Of a stretch of DNA of 64,000 nucleotides, positions 55,272 to 64,000 are shown one piece after another (the first letter of the stretch is position 1; each line of letters begins with the position of its first letter). Made by a program: the position numbers and the translations under genes. The DNA lies in contig OX597818.1 in NCBI GenBank assembly GCA_951406725.2, positions 93,620,001-93,684,000 of the forward strand. Reading direction: 5' to 3'. Under the pieces are notes generated by a model, which saw nothing but the letters and a program-made list of their open reading frames with translations, did no database searches and was not told the DNA's origin. Source of the DNA: Octopus vulgaris (taxonomy: Eukaryota).

Positions 55272-55893
55272 TCTATCTGAGGCTTTATATAGCTATGGTG
55301 CAGCCTCACCTGGAATTTGCATCACCGGTCTGGAACCCCTATCTTGCCCAGGATATTAATCGTCTGGAAACCGTTCAGAGACATGCAACAAAGAGAATAC
55401 CCTCCATCAGGCATTTGCCATATTCTGAACGCCTTACTTCCCTGGGCATGGATACATTGAAACTCCGACATCTGGCAGCTGACTTGGCAGACACCCATAA
55501 AATTATTAATCATCTTACTAACAATAACACTGAGCACCTTTTCAAACTCCACCTGTCTAACACCCGTGGACATGTTTAAAAAGTCAGAAAACAGTGCAGC
55601 TCCCATGACTTTCAGAAACATTTTTTCATGCTAAGAGTTGCTGAAGCATGGAACAAACTGCTGCGGCATCTGTTGTTAGTTGTCGGAGCACTGCATCAAA
55701 ACTTCCATGCTTCCTGAGATTCACCAACACTACGCCTGATTTTTTCCCCTCCATACACACGCAAGCATGTATCTGACTCATACACTGTTCACTTTCCAGA
55801 CATTTGTATATTACTGCATATGCCTTATACGCAGTTTCTGACAAGTTGTGGTGCACCTGAGCCCTGTATACAATAATTTCATTATTATTATTT
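55272..55893 (+). mobile_element. CR1 LINE 3' fragment (gelsolin intron)
   Basis: Close match to 29650-30275. Confidence 0.9.
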
Positions 55894-56156
55894 TATAAGC
55901 ATCTTAGCCAACACTGTTTGAAAACAATTGGCTTACAGACATGTTTTATGCTACATTAGAACAACAACATGAAACACTTAACAGCCCAGTATATTAATGT
56001 TTGAGCTTGCCAAGAAAAATTTTAAAAATACAACTTTTCTTTTTGGCTGCACCTGTGGGAATTTCAAAGTTTAGTGAAAATTTTAAAATTTGGTGTATTG
56101 ATGTAATTTTCTGTGCTGAATCTCAGGGCAAACCCACTTTTTCTCGAAAATTTTTT

Positions 56157-56320
56157 AGGCGCAGGAGTGGATGTGTGGTAAGTAGCTTGCTTACCAACCA
56201 CATAGTTCTGGGTTCAGTCCCACTGCATGGCACTTTGGGCAAGTGTCTTCTACTATAGCCTCGGGGCTGACCAAAGCCTTGTGAGTAGATTTGGTAGACG
56301 GAAACTGAAAGAAGCCTGTC

Positions 56321-56372
<52 letters not shown>

Positions 56373-56560
56373 GTGTGTGTCTGTGTTTGTCCCCACCAGC
56401 ATCGCTTGATATCCGATGCTGGTGTGTTTACGTCCCTATAACTTAGTGGTTCGGCAAGAGAGACCGATAGAATAAGTACTAGGCTTACAAAGAATAAGTC
56501 CTGGGGTTGATCAGCTCGACTAAAGGTGGTCTCCAGCATGGCTGCAGTCAAATGACTAAA
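56157..56560 (+). mobile_element. SINE family A copy
   Basis: Matches 551-1010. Confidence 0.8.
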
Positions 56561-57938
56561 AGACTAAAGGACTAAAAGGTTTAAAGTTTGATCATTTTTA
56601 CCCAGTCAGCAAACATGATTTGGAAGCTGTTGTCAACTGTAAACAAATGATCACCTCATACCTCATGTTTTAAGCATTTAATAAGTGAAAAATGACCACG
56701 TCGGTAAGCAGCTTGGTTTGTTAGTATGGAAATAGGCATATATATTGCTGTGGCTTTCAACTGGCTAAAAAGCTATCAATTCTTGATCTATGGCGAAAAT
56801 GAATTTCATGTCAATTATTACCATACCAAACTACATCATTACACCAAATATGAAATTAATTCAAACAAAATTTGAAGAAATTGAAAAACACCAGCCAAAC
56901 AAAAAAATTCCCTAGATGGTTTATAAGCAGTGTGTTTGGGGATAGTTATAGGAGGTACACAGTTGCTGACAATGATTCCAACAAGAGCTGAAATATTCAT
57001 ACAGCTATCCCTTCTTTTTCTACCTACAAAACATGTGTCTGCATTATTTGCAATCATCATAACATACATTGTAGATTAATAAATCTAAAGACATGTTGTG
57101 TGGTACATTACAGCACTAAAACAAAACATTGTTTGCACTGTTATAAAATACAGTGTTGGCTAATAATCTATAATTATGTTCCATAGTATATTATAGAAAC
57201 GAAATGAAACACTATTAACACACTACTAATTTAGAGTTCGACCTTGCAGTCAAGAAAGTGTTGAATAGTAAACAGGTCTATCAAGTTTACTTCAGCCACT
57301 AATATTGGTGGGTATTCTTGTATTCTTGGATAGTTAAGGAGAGTGCACAGATGCTGATGAAACTCCAGAGTTAAAATGTGCAGTATAAACAGCTGTTTCT
57401 TCTATTTCTGTCAGTGAACATGTTGAGTATATAGATGTAATATTTATGTTAATTGTAACATGCAGTGTTACTTATAGGTATGTTCTATGGTATATTTTAG
57501 CATGAAATGAAACACTTAAAAACACTAGTAATTGTTCACTTCAACTTCAACACTTAAAGCTGTTAAATTTAACTTTAACACACAAAGTTATTAGATTCAC
57601 TTTAAATTTATATTTATTATTACAAGGTGTCAAAAATTTTTGTTGCATAACTAAAACTTGATTACTGACACAGTCCCACAATCACAGTTGTGTGACAAAA
57701 ATGTTTTAATTTAAACTTAATGTGAATTAACTTTGTGGACTATGAAATGTGTCTTCCACAATGTAAGTGCTTCAGTTTCAACACACAGTCTCAGATCAAG
57801 TTACTTGCTCAACAGTTACAGCTCGACTTTGATAAGTCTCTATATTTTTGTAGAAGGAGAAAATAGGAAAGTTGGCTGTCAGCTTTTCTTGCAGGTTATC
57901 AATGGTGTAAATGAAATGTAGTGATTATCAATACTCAC

Positions 57939-58034
57939 ATGAGCATAGGTCATGGCGTTATTCTTTTCTGTAGATGAAGAATCAAGACCAATCCAAACAA
58001 TGATTTCATTCTTTGTGTCAATGACAAAAACATC
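57939..58034 (-). CDS. Gelsolin-like protein, penultimate coding exon
   Basis: CTCCAG acceptor, GTGAGT donor, phase 0/0. DVFVIDTKNEIIVWIGLDSSSTEKNNAMTYAH fits the gelsolin-repeat signature D.F.LD.....VW.G..S...E. Confidence 0.9.
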
Positions 58035-58844
58035 CTGGAGGGAAAATATAAATCTAGCTATTAAAACTGATTTAACACTGATCATCTCTCATCCAGGCCA
58101 CAGAGAATAGAAAGAATATATTAAGTACTTGCCTCCCAATATATTATAAGCCAAAGAGGGAGCCTTCTATAGAGTCACCATACATAAAAGAAAAAACAGC
58201 TAGGTTTTCTTTACTACACATGAGATTTCTTAAAATGAAATGCTAAATAATACAGTTTGAAATACACAGTGTTAGAATAAAGCATAAAACTATTACGGTC
58301 TCAGCTTTGATGACTGGATCTACAGAATCAAGGCTGACCTAAAGAGAAACAACTACTAGACATACTGTACACATTGTATTATCATAGACCCTAGATACCA
58401 TATATATTATATTAGTTGATGGAAACTGAAATTATATATACATAATTGTATATGTATGTATATGAATGCATGTGTCTTTGTGAGTACCCTTGTCTTGACA
58501 ACAAGTGGTGGCTGTAAATGAGCCTCACTGTCATACAAGTTCATTTCCAGTCTTCCATTGAAAACATCTCTGGCTACAAGGAAATATAACTTGGTTTGGA
58601 AACAGGTGAGGGTTGGTGACAAGAAAGCATCTGGCTGCAAAAAATCCATATCAACAAATCCAGTCTGACCCATGAAAGTATGGGAAGGTTGATGTTAAAT
58701 GATGATGCTGATGATAGTGGTGCTGAGGTTGTTGTTTCCTAGATACCTTATATACATTATATTATTATACCCTAGAAGTCTTACATACAAGTTGTGTACA
58801 TCATATATTAGACTCTAGATATCATATGTACAAGTAATAGCATT

Positions 58845-59652
58845 GGGACATCCCATAAATAATGCGTTTTTTTTTTCATACTTTTATTTTTCAAAATAAA
58901 GTGTTAAATTATAAGGCACCAAAAGAGAATAACTCGCCCCAAACACAACAGAATATGCTTCAACACACAAACTCACATAAAGAATCTTGCAAACCAAATC
59001 CAAAAACGAGAAGTAAACAATGTCCTTTTTTAATCTAAAATATACTCTCCTTAATTTTCTACAATGCTCTTCCTGGTAGCCTTGCAAGGCCCCTCTTCCA
59101 AAATTCACTTGTCAGTTATGAAAAATACTCCTTCAGTACTGTTCTGACCTCATCTACAGAATTCATATCTTTTCCATCCAAATGATTTTGAAGACTGCAG
59201 GCAGAATAAATGATAATCAGATAGGGCAATGTCCAACAAATATGGTGGGTGGGGCACTGTTTCCGATTCAAACTGCTCCAGCCTTTGGAATGTCGTCCAC
59301 ACTGTATGTGGCTAAGCATTATCCTGGTGGAAGAATACCTTGAAACAAAAGTGAGTTGTTTTTCTTCTAGAGTTGGTGTCGATGAATGGTTGAATGATCA
59401 AATCCAAGCGTCTCTGCAAGTTCCTCACCAGTTATGATGGAATTTTGTTCCACCAGGGTTTGCAGGACATCCTTGTTGAGTTCCATAGATCTTCCAGGAT
59501 GAAGCTCGTCTTCTTGGCTGTAGTTTCCGGCTCAGAATTTCTGGAGCCACTGTTGACACAGGCTTACACTTATTGTCTGATCCCCATATACTGCATTAAT
59601 ATTCCTCGCACTTTCCATTGTTTTGTTGCCTTTATTAAACTCATAAAGCAAA
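58845..59652 (-). mobile_element. Decayed mariner (another family), 5' end removed by the duplication breakpoint
   Basis: LLYEFNKGNKTMESARNINAVYG HTH start is cut at 59652. SLQNHLDGK...EYF C-terminal remnant. Confidence 0.75.
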
Positions 59653-61036
59653 AAGAATGAAATGTCCAATTTTGAACAGAAAGTTTATTTTAGTTCATCT
59701 CAACAAAAAGCAATGCAGTTAATCAAAGTATGCACCTAAATTATTGACACAATTTTGCCATTTTATCAGCAGCTTATTTATGCCAGCAGCAAAGAATTCT
59801 GGAGAGCAAGAGGTGATGAAATCGCGATAGATATTTTTGCATCTTCTTCAGGTTTGAAGTTTTTTCCTTGCAAAAAGTTGTCTAAAGCCTGGAAAACATG
59901 GTAATCAGTTGGTGCAAAGTCTGGTGAACATGGTGGATGACAGAGTACTTTCAAGTTCAGTTCTTGTAATTTGAGTAGCGTTCTTTGTGCAACATGTGGT
60001 CGAGCATGTTTTACAAGAGACTTGGCCTGTCTCTATTGACTAATCTCAGTTGTTTAATTGCAAACTCATTCATTATTTAATCCAATTGGTTGATGTATAC
60101 ATCCACTGTAATTGACTTACCAGGTCTCATGAAGCTGTAATGGCTGACACCAGTGCTAGACCAACAAATAGACATTCGATTTTTGTGGTGAATATTCTTT
60201 TTTTGATTGTGTTTTGGCACTTTGTCTCTATCCAACCACTGTGCAGAACACTTGCTATTGTTGAAAAGAATCCATTTTCCATCACACAAAACAATATGAT
60301 GCAAAAATGGTTCGCTTTTATGCTGTGACAGCAAAGAACTGCAAGTTTCAAGACGACGTGTCATTTGATGCTCATTCAGTTGGTGTGGTACCTACTTGTC
60401 CAGCTTCTTTACCTTGCTGATTTATTTCAGATGGTCCAGTACAGTTGGAATCAAAACATCGAACATTGCTGCTAACTTATGCATAGTTTGAGATGTATCT
60501 ACCTCCACTACAGGTCCCAGCTCCTCATTATCCACCTTGGTCTCAGGTATACCACGAGGCTGATTTTCAAGAGTAAAGTCACCAGACTGGAACTTCTCAG
60601 ACCATCAACATACAGTCCGCTCATTTGCCAAACACCTTCACCAAACACCTTATTGATGTTTTTAGTTGTCTGTGATGCATTGGTTTCACAACGGAACTCA
60701 TATTCATAAACAACACAAATTTTTTATTTATCCATGGGTTCACAAAAATTGATTTACAAGAGAAAACCTATGAATTGCATTTTCAAAAGTGATGATGTAA
60801 CTCTTCAATGTTGTAAAACAAAGAATTGTCATTAAAGTTAGTGACTGTCAAACTTGGTACATAAGAAAAGCAGACATTTCATTCTTAATGACCTGATAGT
60901 AAACCTCGCCTGAGGGTTTAATTTTACTTCTCATCTACTATCTAATCTTAAATACACAAATCCTACATGAACCATCAGCATAAATTAACAAATTAATACC
61001 AAAACAAAAGTAATTATCAAAGTAATGTATACATAC

Positions 61037-61191
61037 ATGTAATACTTTCAGTAACATCAGGTCTGATAACATTTGTATTTCCACCATTTTGGCTATTAAC
61101 TTTAGGTAGAAGAGCGATGTATATCACCGCAGTCAAATACTTCAAGCAAATCACCTTCTCCATCTTCTTCATTGTCATCATCAGTTTCTTT
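61037..61191 (-). pseudogene. Duplicated signal-peptide exon of the membrane-protein gene (orphan copy)
   Basis: By eye identical to 22925-23079, with both splice sites intact. No CUB exons follow it on this strand. Confidence 0.7.
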
Positions 61192-61684
61192 CTGCAAACA
61201 ACAGCAGTCACAGTGCAAAGATTGTAAAAAACATAAAAGTGAAAAGAAAAGAGATGAGGATCCTGGCTTTCACCTAGATTCAATTTGCCCCATGGGAACA
61301 ACAAGTTGAAACATGGCTATGTGGTTAAAAGGTTTACTTACCAAGCTACAGTTCAAAAGTTGCAAAGCTTGAATAATGAGATTTTGCAACATCCCCCCTA
61401 TTCCCCTGATCTCTCTCCTACTGATCATCACTTATTTAAGCATTTTGAGCTTTTCATAAGCAATAAAATATTATTAAATAGAGAAGAGGTAATTGAAGCA
61501 TTCGGACAATTTATCACAGCAAAAGATGAATTTCTTTTTAAAGATGGAATATATGAGATAGAGAAACGTTGGGTAAATGTCATAAATGAACATGGATCAT
61601 ACTTTGATTAAATAAATCAGTTCTCTAACACTTCTGAAACATTTTATTGTTACCTTTCAAATATGACATTTCATGTGAAACAAC

Positions 61685-61714
<30 letters not shown>

Positions 61715-61715
<1 letters not shown>

Positions 61716-62751
61716 CATCATCATCATCATTTAACGTCCGCTTTCCATGCTGGCATGGGCTGGACGGTTTGACTGAGGTCTGGCGAACCAGACTCCAGTC
61801 TGATCTGGCAGAGTTTCTACAGCTGGATGCCCTTCCCAACGCCAACCACTCTGAGAGTGTAGTGGGTGCTTTTATGTGCCACCGGCATGAGGGGCCTGTT
61901 TGGTGGTACTGGCAACGGCCACCCCCAAATGGTGCTTTTTACGTGCCACCCACACAGGAGCGAGTCCAGCGGCACTGGCAAATACCTTGCTCGAATATTT
62001 CACATGTCACCGGCACAAGTGCTGGTAAGGCGATGCGGTAACGATCACACTTGAATGGTGTGCTTAACGTGCCAACAGCACAGAGGCCAGCTTGTTGCTC
62101 TGGCAGCGATCTCACTCGTATGGTACTCTTAGCGGTCCACTAGCAACGGATGCCAGTCACTGAATTTGATTTCAACTTCGACTTCACTTGCCTCAACTGG
62201 TCTTCACAAGCAGGGTTTAGTGTCCAATGAAGAAAAGGCACGCATAAGTGGACTGGTTACACCCCTAGCATAGGTTATGGTCACACTTGCGCTTGTCGAG
62301 TCTTCTGCAGCACAGCATATTTCCAGAGGTCCCGGTCACTAGTCATTGCCTCGGTGAGGCCCAATGTTTGAAGGTCATGCTTCACCACCTCATCCCAGGT
62401 CTTCCTGGGTCTACCTCTTCCACTGGTTCTCTCAACTGCTAGGGTGTGGCACATTTTCACATGGTTATCGACATCCATTCTCGCCACATGACCATACCAG
62501 CGCAATTGTCTCTCTTGCACACCACATCTGATGCTTCTTAGGTCCAACCTTTCTCTCAGGGCACTAACACTCTGTTGAGTATGCACACTGACATTACACA
62601 TCCATCGGAGCATGCTGGTTTCATTCCTTGTAAGCTTACGCCTATCCTCAGCAGTCATGGCCCATGTTTCACTGCCATGTAGCATGGCTGTTCGTACACA
62701 TGCGTCGTACAGTCTACCTTTTACTCTGAGCGAGAGGCCCGTTGTCACCTG
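61715..62751 (-). mobile_element. 5'-truncated RTE-clade LINE (open RT C-terminus + 3' UTR + (ATG)n tail)
   Basis: GLSLRVKGRLYDACVRTAMLHGSETW...LRWYGHVARM...GRGRPRKTW, stop at 62281. Absent from the left duplication arm. Confidence 0.92.
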
Positions 62752-64000
62752 TATATATATATATACACACACATACACATATACAAGAGAAAGCGAGAGA
62801 GAGAGAGGGAGAGAGAGAGAGAAAGAAAGAGTTGAGGAAGCAATGATGTAACATATATACACATATATATGTAGGTGTGTGTATAAATATATATGATATT
62901 GAAAAGTGCTCTAGCTTGCTGAATATAATCAATATGTTCCAAAAGGTGAAAGCAAAAGTGGGCATTAAATATCTGAAATAACAGTAAAAAACATTGAAAT
63001 GTTACCTTAAAAATATTAAAATAGTCATGATTGAGTTTTAAAAATTATTTACAAAATCATTAAAGCACCATCCGATCGTGGCCGTTGCCAGCCTCGCCTG
63101 GCACCTGTGCTGGTGGCATGAAAAAAGCACCCACTACACTCATGGAGTGGTTGGCATTAGGAAGGGCATCCAGCTGTAGAAACACTGCCAGATCAGACTG
63201 GGCCTGGTGCAGCCTCCTTGCTTTCCAGACCCCAGTTGAACCGTCCAACCCATGCTAGCATGGAAAGCGGACGTTAAACGATGATGATGATGATGATTAA
63301 AGAACAAAAAAGAGAGAGGAGAAAGAGAGGGAGGTTCTTTACAAAAACTTTAATGGACAAAAGAATGAGAGATTCTTTACAAAAGATATAAATAAATCAT
63401 GTGTCCAGTGAGTTCAAGGGTAAAATCCTTGTCCACAATTGGATTCACAATAAACGTTGTCTGCGATTCTTAGCTACAGATTTTCAAGTAAGTTAATGAC
63501 TGTACTCTCTCTCTCTCTCTCTCTCTTTTAAATTGTATCTAATTGTAATTAGATATACATTAACAAGCTCAACTAACCTCATTTGTAACTAATTTGAAAG
63601 ACTAAAGTCATATGTTAGAGGATGTCTAAAGACCAGAGTGTATATCTCTAATTTATCATCATCATCATCATCATCATCATTATCACAATCATCATCAATG
63701 TTTTAACGTCCATTTTTCTATGTTTACATGGGTCAGATGGATTTCATTGAGACAGAATTTGTATGCCAGACATTCTTCTTGTCTCCAAGTAAGGTAATAT
63801 TTCCCTATGACCACACACACATACACACACTCACACACATACACACACAGACACACACACATATATTAGAGATGACACCAGTTCATCAGCGTCACTCAGG
63901 CTCATCACAGATTTCATCACTCAAGCTCATTGCAGATTTCATCACTCAGGCTCATCACAGATTTCACATAAAATACATGTAGGTATTTTCCACAATATTT

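Larger units (their letters stand above)
59653..64000 (-). repeat. Right arm of the inverted duplication (runs off the window); includes mariner copy 59653-60896 and mariner fragment ~61330-61688
   Basis: Reverse complement of 21175-24442 with scattered substitutions, small indels and a private RTE insertion. Confidence 0.95.

Noticed and set aside
57939-61181. In-frame secreted signal-peptide/gelsolin fusion protein
   Set aside because: Exon phases are incompatible (1 versus 0); the junction creates TGA.

Overview
AT-rich, repeat-dense animal DNA. The repeat families and a mollusc-type gelsolin suggest an octopod cephalopod (inference). Two host genes can be read. The first is a 5-coding-exon, 600-aa type I membrane protein on + (signal peptide, CUB-like domain, TM helix, long low-complexity tail; 22935-40282). 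The second is the last two exons of a gelsolin-like gene on -. The rest is Tc1/mariner, hAT, piggyBac and Helitron elements, RTE/CR1/L1-Tx1-like LINE fragments, SINEs, Penelope-like (PLE) remnants and long microsatellites. The most striking item is a ~490-bp tandem array (16009-20118) in which every monomer carries a complete type I hammerhead ribozyme on the - strand. It sits in (TA)n and ends in an inverted monomer, so it is a candidate young non-LTR retrozyme (circular-RNA retroelement). Several further hammerhead motifs lie in PLE-like remnants. A >3.2-kb inverted duplication brackets 35 kb of the window and puts an identical copy of the membrane gene's signal-peptide exon upstream of the gelsolin 3' exons. 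All coordinates were read by eye; no searches were run.
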